NCBI GenBank assembly: GCA_944331845.1
Contig: CALVIT010000001.1
Location: 48-64,047, forward strand
Direction of reading: 5' to 3'
Source: an uncultured Clostridia bacterium
GTDB lineage: Bacteria; Bacillota; Clostridia; Christensenellales; UBA1242
Length of the DNA: 64,000 nt
Of the stretch, positions 6,879 to 16,887 are shown in pieces (position 1 is the stretch's first letter; each line of letters begins with the position of its first letter). The position numbers and the translations under genes are program-made. A model generated the notes under the pieces. That model was not told the origin of the DNA and did not search any database. It saw nothing but the letters and a program-made list of their open reading frames with translations.

Positions 6879-8933
6879 ATGAAAGAAAATTTACAACCAC
6901 TTTTTACGCCTTGGAAGATAGGCAATGTCGAGATTAAGAATAGAATTGTGCTTTGTCCAATGGGTGGAACTTCACTATTTGGGTGGATGGAACCTAACCA
7001 TTTTGATGAAGAGTCTGCAGAATTCTTCTTGGAGAGAGCGAGAAATAATGTTGGACTCATTATACCGGGCATTGCACCGCTCAAAGACACTATTGGCGGT
7101 CGTTGGCTTTATCAAAACAAAGGTATGTTTAAGAAATTAAAAGAGTATATGACAGAGATTCACAAGACGGGGGCAAAACTTTTTGTTCAGTTAACCGCTG
7201 GATTTGGTAGGTCATTTGCTATAACTGAGAGTTTAGAATTTTTGTTAAAAAACAAAGTCATTGGAGCGTTAGCGAAACCTATAATTAATGCTTCTTATTT
7301 GTGCGCTAGTCCTAGTGAACTTCCTTCTAGGTGGGCTGAAGACATTAAGGTTAGGGCTTTAACAAAGAAGGAAATTCTAGATATGATTGACGCATTCGCT
7401 AAGACTTCTAAACTATGTAAAGAAGCAGGAGTCGATGGCGTTGAAGTGCACGCTGTACACGAAGGTTATTTACTCGACCAATTCACAACGCAATATACGA
7501 ACCATAGAACTGATGAATATGGCGGAAGTTTTGAGAATAGGTATCGTTTCGCAGTTGATGTCGTAAAGGCGATTAAGAGTGCGTGCGGTCAAGATTATCC
7601 TGTGTCTTTGAGATACTCGGTTGTTAGTAAGACAAAAGATTTCTGTAGTGGGGCGATGCCTAATGAAGAATACAAAGAAGTGGGTAGAGATTTAGCAGAG
7701 AGCGAGAAGGCTGCTAAATATTTACAAGATGCAGGCTATGATATGTTAGATGCTGACAATGGTACTTACGATGCTTGGTACTGGGCGCATCCACCGGCTT
7801 ATATGCCACAAAACTGTAACCTTGAAGAAGTAGCACATATCAAAAAATTTGTTGACATACCTGTTGTTTGTGCGGGTAGAATGGATGTCAATGTCGGTGC
7901 TGAAGCGGTTAAAGATGGTAGAATTGATGGCGTAGGTTTCGCTAGACAATTCTTGGTCGATGGAGAGTGGGTAACTAAACTTATTGAAGGTAGAGAAGAA
8001 GATATCCAACCTTGTATATGTTGTCATAATGCTTGTTTTACTATGGCACACTACAAGGGGGTAGCAAATGACCAAGATTTTGATGATATTAAACATATGT
8101 CAAGATGCGCTTTGAACCCACAAACTATGCAACGCAAGAAGTTTGCTTTAACTAAAGCAAAGCGCCCTAAAACTATCGCAGTCATTGGCGGTGGAATTGG
8201 TGGAATGGAAGTCGCTAGAATTGCAACATTGCGTGGGCACAAGGTAACAATTTATGAGAAGACTAACTCCTTAGGTGGCGTGTTCGTACCAGCGGCAGCG
8301 TTTGATTTCAAAGAGAAGGACAGGGAGTTAATCGAATTTTATAAGCGACAAATTAGCAAGTTAAATATTGAAGTCGTTTATAATACTGAGATAATTGACT
8401 TAAAATCAATCAAAGCAGATGAGATAGTAATCGCTACAGGGTCAAAGCCTAGACAATTAAGACTACAAGGCATTGAAAATTCAATAGAAGCAGTTGAATA
8501 CTTAAGCGGACAAAAGCAAGTAGGTCAAAATGTTGTCATAATAGGTGGCGGATTGACTGGGTGCGAGATAGCGTACGACTTACATAGACACGGCAAGAAC
8601 CCTATCATTGTAGAAATGAAAAATGATTTAATGGCAGTCAAGGGAATTTGTCTAGCGAACTCTTCATATTTGAGAGATTATTTTAAACTACATAATGTAC
8701 TTATTTATTTAGAAAGTTCTGTAAAAGAAATTAAAGACAATTCAGTTGTCATCGTTGATAAATCTAATAATGAGCAAGAAGTCGCTAAGGATGATGTCAT
8801 TGTGTCAGTTGGATATAACCCTGCACCAATCGCTAAAGAAGGTAAGCATATCCATATCGTAGGCGATGCGTATAAGGTCGGCAATCTAAGGACTGTCATT
8901 TGGCGTGCGTGGGAAGTCGCTCGAAAACTTTAA
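6879..8933 (+). CDS. NADH:flavin oxidoreductase of the 2,4-dienoyl-CoA reductase / 2-enoate reductase family (OYE-like FMN domain + 4Fe-4S + FAD/NAD(P) domain)
   Basis: N-terminal OYE-type TIM-barrel motifs (IKNRIVLCPMGG, HAVHEGYLLDQF). Cys cluster CICCHNAC...RCALNP. C-terminal Rossmann motifs (IAVIGGGIGG and VVIIGGGLTG). Confidence 0.85.
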   Translation: MKENLQPLFTPWKIGNVEIKNRIVLCPMGGTSLFGWMEPNHFDEESAEFFLERARNNVGLIIPGIAPLKDTIGGRWLYQNKGMFKKLKEYMTEIHKTGAKLFVQLTAGFGRSFAITESLEFLLKNKVIGALAKPIINASYLCASPSELPSRWAEDIKVRALTKKEILDMIDAFAKTSKLCKEAGVDGVEVHAVHEGYLLDQFTTQYTNHRTDEYGGSFENRYRFAVDVVKAIKSACGQDYPVSLRYSVVSKTKDFCSGAMPNEEYKEVGRDLAESEKAAKYLQDAGYDMLDADNGTYDAWYWAHPPAYMPQNCNLEEVAHIKKFVDIPVVCAGRMDVNVGAEAVKDGRIDGVGFARQFLVDGEWVTKLIEGREEDIQPCICCHNACFTMAHYKGVANDQDFDDIKHMSRCALNPQTMQRKKFALTKAKRPKTIAVIGGGIGGMEVARIATLRGHKVTIYEKTNSLGGVFVPAAAFDFKEKDRELIEFYKRQISKLNIEVVYNTEIIDLKSIKADEIVIATGSKPRQLRLQGIENSIEAVEYLSGQKQVGQNVVIIGGGLTGCEIAYDLHRHGKNPIIVEMKNDLMAVKGICLANSSYLRDYFKLHNVLIYLESSVKEIKDNSVVIVDKSNNEQEVAKDDVIVSVGYNPAPIAKEGKHIHIVGDAYKVGNLRTVIWRAWEVARKL

Positions 8934-8947
8934 TACATTAATTATAA

Positions 8948-8974
8948 CTACAAAGACATTCTTTGTAGTTTTTT
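8948..8974 (+). terminator. Rho-independent terminator
   Basis: CTACAAAG-acatt-CTTTGTAG followed by T6, 15 nt after the stop. Confidence 0.8.
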
Positions 8975-9066
8975 GTAATATCTATAAAATTAACATATAA
9001 AGTGTGCATAAGTGCTTTTTTTGACAAAAAATTTGCACACTTTTTTGTTTTAAAATAGTAAAATAC

Positions 9067-9095
9067 TTTACAATTATTTATTTGTATAGTATAAT
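9067..9095 (+). promoter_or_regulatory. Sigma-A type promoter for the ABC exporter operon
   Basis: TTTACA, 17-nt spacer, TATAAT (9090-9095). Leaves a leader of about 100 nt before the ATG at 9203. Confidence 0.6.
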
Positions 9096-9202
9096 GTAAA
9101 AACATAAGAAATTTCATTCATATATTAATATATGGTGCCGATTTATAATTCGGTTTTCTTCTTTTCTAATAAGAAATAGTTTATATAAAAAAAGGAGTAG
9201 GG

Positions 9203-11026
9203 ATGTTAAGATTTTTGAAATATTTTAGGGGACTAGAATGGTTATTCATAGTCTTATTGATTGCCTTAAATGTAGGGCAAGCAATTTTAGATTTGACTTT
9301 ACCTGAATATATGGGCAATCTTGTTGACTTAGTTTTAGCGAAAGCGGGTACAAGTGAAGTAGTCATTGAAGGGTTAATTATGTTAAGTATAGCATTAGGT
9401 TCTATTGTTCTACTTATAGTGAGCGATTTTATCGCTTCAGTATTGGCTGCTAGGTACACTCGTAGGATGCGTGCGCTTGTGTATGATAAGGTTCAGTCAA
9501 TGTCTCAGGCGACTATGAATAATTTCACTACCGCTAGTTTAATAACTCGTTCTACTAATGATATAACACAAGTAGGTAACGCGTTGTCAATGGGCTTTAA
9601 AGTCGCTATATATGCACCTATTATAGCAATTTTTGCGTTTTTGAAGATTATTGACAAATCTTCTTCTTTGTCGCTTGCGACAGGTGTATCAATTATTGCG
9701 CTTGTGCTATTAATTGTTGTGGTATTTGGCTTTGCAGTGCCAAAATTTAAGAAAATTCAAAAACTCACTGATAAGGTAAATGGTATCAATCGAGAAAACC
9801 TTATGGGGTTGAGAGTTGTTAGGGCATACAATGCTGAGAACTATCAAAAAGATAAGTTTGAAGAGACTAACCAAAATTTAAGAAGAGAGAATACTATTGT
9901 CGGTAGGTTAATGTCTGGACTTAATCCTATTATGAACTTAATAATGAACGGTTTGAGTCTAGCGATTGTATGGATAGGTGCATACCTAATTAATGATGGT
10001 GCGCTAGACATACCTACGATGACTGAATTCACTATGTATGCAATGCAAGTTGTTATGGGCTTCTTGTTATTGAGTATCATATTTATTTTAGTACCAAGGG
10101 CGACTGTCTCATTAAAGAGAATCTATGAAGTACTTGATGCTAAAGAGAGTATTTTTGATGGAAAGGGTATCGAATTAAGCAAGATAAATGCACAAAATGA
10201 TAGTGATAGTAGCATAAATGCTGTAAATGCTATTGATTCTAATAAGAATGTAGAAGCAGTAAGTGAGAAGATACCTATAGTTGAATTTAGAAATGTTTGT
10301 TTCAAATATCCTGATGCGGAAGAGAGCGTTTTGAATAACATTAGTTTTAGTTGTTATACTGGGCAAACAATAGCATTTATAGGTTCAACAGGTAGTGGTA
10401 AGAGTACACTTATTAACTTAATACCTAGATTCTATGATGCGACAAGCGGGCAAGTTCTTATCAATGGTATAGATGTTAAAGATTATAAATTAAGCGAATT
10501 GCACGCTATGCTTGGTTATGTACCACAGAAGGGAATATTATTCAAAGGCACTGTTAGAGAGAATGTAGATTTTGGCGACAACAAAATAAGTGATGAGCAA
10601 ATAGAATGGGCATTAAAGGTCGCTCAATCTTATGACTTTGTCAGCAAGATGGGCGGACTAGATGCGGAGATTTCTCAAAATGGGTCAAACCTATCAGGTG
10701 GACAAAAACAGCGTTTGAGCATCGCTCGTGCTTTGGCGAACAAACCGCCTATATGTATATTTGATGATTCTTTCTCAGCACTAGACTATAAGACTGACAA
10801 AAAGTTGAGGGCTTCACTCAAAAAAGAAATGAAAGACAGTACAAAATTCATTGTCGCACAGAGAATAGGAACAATCAAAGATGCTGACTTAATCGTAGTG
10901 CTTGACAGTGGCGAAATTGTTGGAATGGGTAGACACGAAGACTTGATTAAGAATTGTCAGGTATATATCGAGATAGCAAATTCACAATTAAGTAAGGAGG
11001 AGATAAATGGAACAATCAAGAAATAG
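9203..11026 (+). CDS. ABC exporter, fused permease/ATPase subunit (heterodimeric multidrug-type, YheI/BmrC-like)
   Basis: Six-TM exporter domain, Walker A GSTGSGKST, signature LSGGQKQR, Walker B ICIFDDSFSALD. GGAG RBS. Confidence 0.85.
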   Translation: MLRFLKYFRGLEWLFIVLLIALNVGQAILDLTLPEYMGNLVDLVLAKAGTSEVVIEGLIMLSIALGSIVLLIVSDFIASVLAARYTRRMRALVYDKVQSMSQATMNNFTTASLITRSTNDITQVGNALSMGFKVAIYAPIIAIFAFLKIIDKSSSLSLATGVSIIALVLLIVVVFGFAVPKFKKIQKLTDKVNGINRENLMGLRVVRAYNAENYQKDKFEETNQNLRRENTIVGRLMSGLNPIMNLIMNGLSLAIVWIGAYLINDGALDIPTMTEFTMYAMQVVMGFLLLSIIFILVPRATVSLKRIYEVLDAKESIFDGKGIELSKINAQNDSDSSINAVNAIDSNKNVEAVSEKIPIVEFRNVCFKYPDAEESVLNNISFSCYTGQTIAFIGSTGSGKSTLINLIPRFYDATSGQVLINGIDVKDYKLSELHAMLGYVPQKGILFKGTVRENVDFGDNKISDEQIEWALKVAQSYDFVSKMGGLDAEISQNGSNLSGGQKQRLSIARALANKPPICIFDDSFSALDYKTDKKLRASLKKEMKDSTKFIVAQRIGTIKDADLIVVLDSGEIVGMGRHEDLIKNCQVYIEIANSQLSKEEINGTIKK

Positions 11027-12785
11027 ACATTCACATAGCCGTAATAAATATTCATTTAACGAGTCAATATACAAATTTATCTTGTACCTTAGACCTTACT
11101 ATGTGTGGTTAGTGCTAGCAGTGATATTCGCAGTAGGCGGTACGATTTGTAGTATCATAGGGCCTAATAAAATAGGTGAGATAACAAATATTATTGAAGC
11201 GGGAGTGCTGGGCGGAACGGGAATTGACCTAGCAGAAATTGTTAAGATAGGTATCCTACTTATAATTTTGTATGGTGTCAGTGCGCTTTTGTCTTTCTTA
11301 CAAGGATACATTATGACCGATGTCGTTCAAAGGTCTACAAAGAGAATGAGAACTGACATATACGCTAAGATAAATAGGTTGCCTTTATCGTATTATGATA
11401 GTCATACCTTTGGCGACACACTAAGTAGAGTTACTAACGATGTAGATACTATAGGTTTGTCGTTCAATCAGGCAACTGTAATGCTAATATCTGGTGTAAC
11501 ACTTGTATTGGGTGCACTTGTTATGATGTTCATAACCGCTTGGCAATTAGCACTTGTTGCGTTAATTTGTATTCCTATAGGTTCTGGACTAATGTCATTA
11601 ATTTTGAAGTTCTCACAGAAGTATTTTACGAGTCAGCAACAACAAATAGGCGATATAAATGGTATTGTCGAAGAATCTTATTCTGGACATAATGTTGTAA
11701 CTGCATTCAACGCTAAACAAAAAATGCAAGACAAATTTCAAAACACTAATAACAAATTATTTAAGTCTCAATACAAGTCGCAGTTTGTTTCTGGTATAAT
11801 GATGCCTATAATGCAGTTCGTGGGTAACCTTGGATATGTTGTAGTATGTATTGTCGGCGGTGTGCTTTATCTTAATGGACATATACAGATTGGGGCTATA
11901 ATTAGTTTTATTATATACATTAAATTGTTCACACAACCTTTGGCGACTATTGCTCAATCAGTGTCCAGTATGCAGTCTGTAGCGGCGGCAAGCGGAAGAG
12001 TATTTGAGTTCTTAGAAGAGAAAGAGATGCCACAAGAGACACCTAGACTATACTTAGATAATGTAAAGGGCGATGTCAAATTCGAGAATGTTGAGTTCGG
12101 CTATAGCGATGACAAGATGATTATCAAAGGGTTCAATGCGCACGCTTTGCCGGGTCAAAAAATAGCGCTTGTTGCTCCAACAGGGGCAGGAAAGACTACA
12201 CTTGTTAACCTTCTAATGAAATTCTATGATATAAATAGCGGAGATATCAAGATTGATGATGTATCTATTAAAGATTTGTCAAGAGAGAATGTTCATAAAC
12301 TTTTTGGAATGGTTCTTCAAGATACTTGGCAATTCGAAGGTAGCATATATGACAACATAGCATTTAATACACCTAATGCGACTAATGATGATGTTGTCAA
12401 TGCTTGTAAAAAAGTGGGGCTTGACCATTATATAAGAACATTACCACACGGGTATGACACTGTGCTTGATGACACTGTGTCATTGAGTGCCGGTCAAAAA
12501 CAACTATTGACTATCGCTAGAGCTATGGTTCACAATGCTCCATTGCTAATACTCGATGAAGCGACAAGTAGCGTTGATACTAGAACGGAGATAATTATCG
12601 CTAACGCTATGGATGAATTGTCGAAGGGGAAAACAAGTTTTGTTATAGCACATAGATTGTCAACAATCAAAAATGCTGACCAAATTTGGGTTATGGAAGA
12701 CGGCAAGGTTGCAGAAAGCGGTACTCACGATGAGTTATTAAAACTAAATGGTAGATACGCAGAATTGTATAATTCTCAGTTCTAA
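11007..12785 (+). CDS. ABC exporter, fused permease/ATPase subunit (YheH/BmrD-like partner)
   Basis: Overlaps the upstream gene by 20 nt and has an AAGGAGG RBS. Walker A APTGAGKTT, signature LSAGQKQL, Walker B LLILDEATSSVD. Confidence 0.85.
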   Translation: MEQSRNRHSHSRNKYSFNESIYKFILYLRPYYVWLVLAVIFAVGGTICSIIGPNKIGEITNIIEAGVLGGTGIDLAEIVKIGILLIILYGVSALLSFLQGYIMTDVVQRSTKRMRTDIYAKINRLPLSYYDSHTFGDTLSRVTNDVDTIGLSFNQATVMLISGVTLVLGALVMMFITAWQLALVALICIPIGSGLMSLILKFSQKYFTSQQQQIGDINGIVEESYSGHNVVTAFNAKQKMQDKFQNTNNKLFKSQYKSQFVSGIMMPIMQFVGNLGYVVVCIVGGVLYLNGHIQIGAIISFIIYIKLFTQPLATIAQSVSSMQSVAAASGRVFEFLEEKEMPQETPRLYLDNVKGDVKFENVEFGYSDDKMIIKGFNAHALPGQKIALVAPTGAGKTTLVNLLMKFYDINSGDIKIDDVSIKDLSRENVHKLFGMVLQDTWQFEGSIYDNIAFNTPNATNDDVVNACKKVGLDHYIRTLPHGYDTVLDDTVSLSAGQKQLLTIARAMVHNAPLLILDEATSSVDTRTEIIIANAMDELSKGKTSFVIAHRLSTIKNADQIWVMEDGKVAESGTHDELLKLNGRYAELYNSQF

Positions 12786-12828
12786 TTTTGTGATAAATAT
12801 ACTATAAGCGGAATAACGAATTAGTTAA

Positions 12829-12860
12829 AGCGGAATAACAGATAAGTTATCCGCTTTTTT
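12829..12860 (+). terminator. Rho-independent terminator
   Basis: AGCGGAATAAC...GTTATCCGCT stem (one bulge) followed by T6. Confidence 0.7.
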
Positions 12861-12876
12861 GTATCTAATTTAATGT

Positions 12877-13000
12877 AAAAAAACTTATGTAAGTATAAAA
12901 CATATATGTAGGTATAAAAACTTGTGTAGGTATAACAATTATTAGTAGATATAAAATATATAAGAAGCATAACAAAACATATATGTAAGTATAACAATTG
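12877..13000. repeat. About 20-bp periodic degenerate tandem repeat (consensus TRTGTARGTATAAMA), at least 6 units
   Basis: cttatgtaagtataaaa / catatatgtaggtataaaaa / cttgtgtaggtataacaatt / attagtagatataaaatata / taagaagcataacaaaa / catatatgtaagtataacaatt. Looser copies occur at about 13053 and 13098. Confidence 0.65.
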
Positions 13001-13270
13001 TATACAAGGCTAAATTATAATATATATGCTGTTATTTTTATATAAGTTTATTACTATTTGCGTGTAGGGGTATATACAAATTGTATGAGCCTTTATATGT
13101 GCGTAAGTAAATATAGGGAGTCATTGTACGAGAATACAAAAAAACATTTACTAGCATTATAATTAATTCAAAATAAAATTTTCTACAAAGAAACATTTTA
13201 TGATGGGAAGTTAAAGATAATTTTTTGAGATAAAAATACATATTTTATTTATTTTGACATACAATAAATT

Positions 13271-13741
13271 ATGTTAAATTTTATTAAAGAAAATTTGAGA
13301 CTTATTATTACTTGGGTAGTTATTATAGTTGTTGCAGTGCTTGGAAGTATTTTTGTGAACTTAGGTATGGATTGGTTTGACTCATTAACAAAACCTAGTG
13401 AGTGGGTACCTAATTTTGTTATACCTATTATTTGGACTGTAATATATTTATTATTTGCTATTGTATTTATATTCTTATACAAAAAAGAAGTTGTGAATAC
13501 TAAAATAATTGTTTTGGGTATTTTGAATGCGGTATTTAATGTATTATGGTGTTTGGTTTTCTTCACACTCAATCAACTATTGTTAGGCGAGATTGTTATC
13601 ATTATTAATGTAGTTTTGGGTGCTTTATTAGTTGCTGAACTAACAAAAACTCAATTATGGTATACATTTTTGTTGTGGGTATATCCTATTTGGTTGAGCA
13701 TTGCTACTTTATTAAATACTGCTGTTTGGATTCTAAATTAA
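13271..13741 (+). CDS. tspO: TspO/MBR family tryptophan-rich sensory protein
   Basis: Five-TM protein of 156 aa with family motifs: LTKPSEWVPNFVIPIIWTVIY, NVLWCLVFF, VYPIWLSIATLLNTAVWILN. Confidence 0.8.
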   Translation: MLNFIKENLRLIITWVVIIVVAVLGSIFVNLGMDWFDSLTKPSEWVPNFVIPIIWTVIYLLFAIVFIFLYKKEVVNTKIIVLGILNAVFNVLWCLVFFTLNQLLLGEIVIIINVVLGALLVAELTKTQLWYTFLLWVYPIWLSIATLLNTAVWILN

Positions 13742-14313
13742 TATCATTTAATTTATTTCACTACATAATTTTATCATAATGAATAAAGAGTAGGGAGAGT
13801 GGGTACTTTCTCTATTTTTTATATAAAATAGGTTGTAAATAAAATAACATATAATTGAAAGTGTATTCAATTATTATAAATACCTTATAATAAATATCAT
13901 AACACAAATCATATGATAAATTCTATATTATATATATATCATAATATAAATAATATAGTATAAAAATCATATTATTATAATTGTCATATAATATATACCG
14001 CATATTATATTAAATAATGTAATATTTAGTATTATAATAAGTATTGTTATTAATAAGTGTTATCATAAACACCATATAGTAAATACTATATAATTTATAA
14101 ATAAAATATAATTATAAATAACATAAAGATTATAAAAACACATATTAGATTTAAAGTAAAAAATAAAAACTTTCGTCATTATACACAAAATTTTTGGGAT
14201 ATTGTGTTGTTTTTTGTATAATTTAGGGCAAAATATATCATAAACTTAATAAATTTAGTTAGAAAAATTGTTAATTTATGGTATAATGAAATTTATACAA
14301 AGGAAGAAAGTTG

Positions 14314-16887
14314 ATGTTAACTGCACAAATTATTATAATGGCGGTGGTGGCACCGTTGCTTATTTTAGCATATTTATTTGTCAAATTTTATCTAAAAAAA
14401 GACATACCTTCGTGGCTTATTAAAGTATTTGCTGGAGTTTTGACTGCTGTATTTTTTGTTAGGTTTATGTCCGGTAATGATTTGATTAGGTATACGGTTG
14501 GTGGGGTAAGTGATATTTTTGATAACCCATCTACCAACTATTATGCTGTGATATTAGTTTGGTTTACCTATGTCAGTGTATTATTATTGAGTTTGCAACC
14601 TTACTTTAAGATAAAAACAGTCAATAATGTAATTAAATTTTTTGTACTACCTTTTATAATAATTGCGATGTTCTCAATCGTTATTAGTACTAAAGCAATA
14701 CTTGGGGCAGATGCTTATAGTGGAAATAATTTCCGTGGAATACTTATGGCGATAGAACTAAGTCTTATGTTACCACTTGCTGTTGTTGTATTCTGCGAAA
14801 ATGGTATGTTCAAAATTAGCAAAAGTGAGTTAAAATATTTAGCGATATCAATTATTCCTATCTTATTGGCAGTTATTCCAACTTATGCTTTGCAGGCATT
14901 CATAGGCACACCTATACAATTTAATCATGTCAAAGATTTTAATTTCATACATAGAATTGTATTGTATGGTGCTGTCATACTTCCTTTTTTGATTCATTTC
15001 GGGCTAAGAAAGCAAAATGAAGAAGTTATAAGATTTGCTATGCTATTCTTATGTCTAGGGACTTTGTTATCTTATTCACTATACAAAAAGTTTGATGATT
15101 TCGCTTCTATCACAGGTTTACCACTTCATTTGTGTAATACTGCGATGTATATACTTCCGCTTTGTTTACTATTTAAGTGGAGAAAATTATTCTACTTTAC
15201 ATATTTTATAAATGTTTTTGGTGCTTTCATCGCTATGATGTTACCAAACTATGGCGACAATGTAAATTTATTTAGCAGTGATATTGTTAACTTCTACATT
15301 AATCACTACATAGCATTCTTTGTACCTATTTTGCTTGTGTCATTGAAGGTCTTTCCACGACCAAAACTCAAAGAGTTTATTTATTCTATGGTCGCATTTG
15401 CGGTATACTTCATTGTTATCTTGTTCATTAATGCTTGGTTCTCGAATTATGGAAGCGTCGACTACTTCTTCCTTAACTCCGACTTTATCGCCGACAAACT
15501 AGGCGATTGGGCAGAGCGTACAAGAGACATAGTATGGTCATTCAGTATTGGAGAACTGACTTTCACATTCTATCCACTATATCAGTTCCTATTCTTTGTA
15601 GTGTATGTATTTATAGCACTAGGCGTATGGTTTGTATTTGAACAAAGTTATCAAATGGCAGACTTACATGTGGATATGAGAGCAAGGCAGGCAGAAATTA
15701 AATTAGACAAATTAGCGCTAGAATGTAGAATCGCTAACTTAACTACGGAGGAGAAAATGGAGAGAGATAATGCTGTACCAAAGATAAAACTCATTAACTT
15801 CACAAAAAGGTATGGCGAAAGTAATGTGTACGCTGTCAAGGATGCTAACCTAGAGATTGACGGCGGGGAGATATTTGGTTTCTTAGGTCCAAATGGGGCA
15901 GGTAAGAGTACTATCATAAAGTCTATTGTTGGAATACAACCTATTACAGAAGGGCGTATCGAGATATGCGGTTATGATGTCGAACTAGAACAGGTCAAGG
16001 CAAAAAGAGAGATAGGTTTTGTTCCTGACCACTACGCTTTATATGAGAAGTTAACAGGTAAAGAGTACATTAATTATATTGCTGATTTATATGATGTTAG
16101 TCTAGAAGATAGAAATAAGGCAATAGATAAATATGTCAAATTATTTGAATTGCAAGGTGCATTTGACAACCAAATGAAGACATACTCTCACGGTATGAAA
16201 CAGAAGATAACCATAATAGCAGCACTTGTTCATAACCCTAAAGTGTGGATTCTCGATGAGCCACTTACGGGACTTGACCCTAATAGCATTTATCAGGTCA
16301 AAGAGTGTATGAAAGAGCATGCTAAGGCGGGAAATATTGTTTTCTTCAGTTCTCACATTATTGATGTCGTTGAGAAAATATGCGATAGGATAGCAATAAT
16401 CAAAAAGGGTCAAATCCTATTAAATAAGAAAGTCGATGACATTGAGAAAGAAGGTTTGACTTTAGAGAAATTCTACTTAGACACAATTAAGTACGCTAAA
16501 AATGATGCTATCAAAGTTAATGACAAAGATAAAGAAGATAAAGCATCATTAGATGACAAAAATTCACAAACAAATCAAAAGCGAAGTATATGGGAAAGAA
16601 TTTTTAAACGCAAGGGCAATAAGAAAGGCGAGAATCAAAAAAGTATAGAAATTATCTCGGCTGAAGTTATACAAGATAACAAAAATAATGAAGATAATCA
16701 ACCTATAGACAATAATAGTGAGTCTACGACTACAGTAGATAAATTAGAAACTTCTAATGTAAAAGATGATGAGAAAGGTAAAAAAAATACAACTAAGCGT
16801 AAAACTACTACAAATACAACTAATCAAAAAACTACAAATGCTAAATCAAAAAGGGTAACAAATGACAAAAACAAAAAAGGTGAATGA
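14314..16887 (+). CDS. Fusion protein: N-terminal polytopic YwaF/TIGR02206-like membrane domain + ABC-2-type ATPase domain + K/N/T-rich tail
   Basis: About 470 aa of TM helices including LPLHLCNTAMYILPL. This is followed by Walker A GPNGAGKST, signature YSHGMKQK, Walker B VWILDEPLTGLD, and then a low-complexity basic tail of about 150 aa. RBS AAGGAAG lies 7 nt before the ATG at 14314 (the track starts at TTG 14311). Confidence 0.75.
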   Translation: MLTAQIIIMAVVAPLLILAYLFVKFYLKKDIPSWLIKVFAGVLTAVFFVRFMSGNDLIRYTVGGVSDIFDNPSTNYYAVILVWFTYVSVLLLSLQPYFKIKTVNNVIKFFVLPFIIIAMFSIVISTKAILGADAYSGNNFRGILMAIELSLMLPLAVVVFCENGMFKISKSELKYLAISIIPILLAVIPTYALQAFIGTPIQFNHVKDFNFIHRIVLYGAVILPFLIHFGLRKQNEEVIRFAMLFLCLGTLLSYSLYKKFDDFASITGLPLHLCNTAMYILPLCLLFKWRKLFYFTYFINVFGAFIAMMLPNYGDNVNLFSSDIVNFYINHYIAFFVPILLVSLKVFPRPKLKEFIYSMVAFAVYFIVILFINAWFSNYGSVDYFFLNSDFIADKLGDWAERTRDIVWSFSIGELTFTFYPLYQFLFFVVYVFIALGVWFVFEQSYQMADLHVDMRARQAEIKLDKLALECRIANLTTEEKMERDNAVPKIKLINFTKRYGESNVYAVKDANLEIDGGEIFGFLGPNGAGKSTIIKSIVGIQPITEGRIEICGYDVELEQVKAKREIGFVPDHYALYEKLTGKEYINYIADLYDVSLEDRNKAIDKYVKLFELQGAFDNQMKTYSHGMKQKITIIAALVHNPKVWILDEPLTGLDPNSIYQVKECMKEHAKAGNIVFFSSHIIDVVEKICDRIAIIKKGQILLNKKVDDIEKEGLTLEKFYLDTIKYAKNDAIKVNDKDKEDKASLDDKNSQTNQKRSIWERIFKRKGNKKGENQKSIEIISAEVIQDNKNNEDNQPIDNNSESTTTVDKLETSNVKDDEKGKKNTTKRKTTTNTTNQKTTNAKSKRVTNDKNKKGE

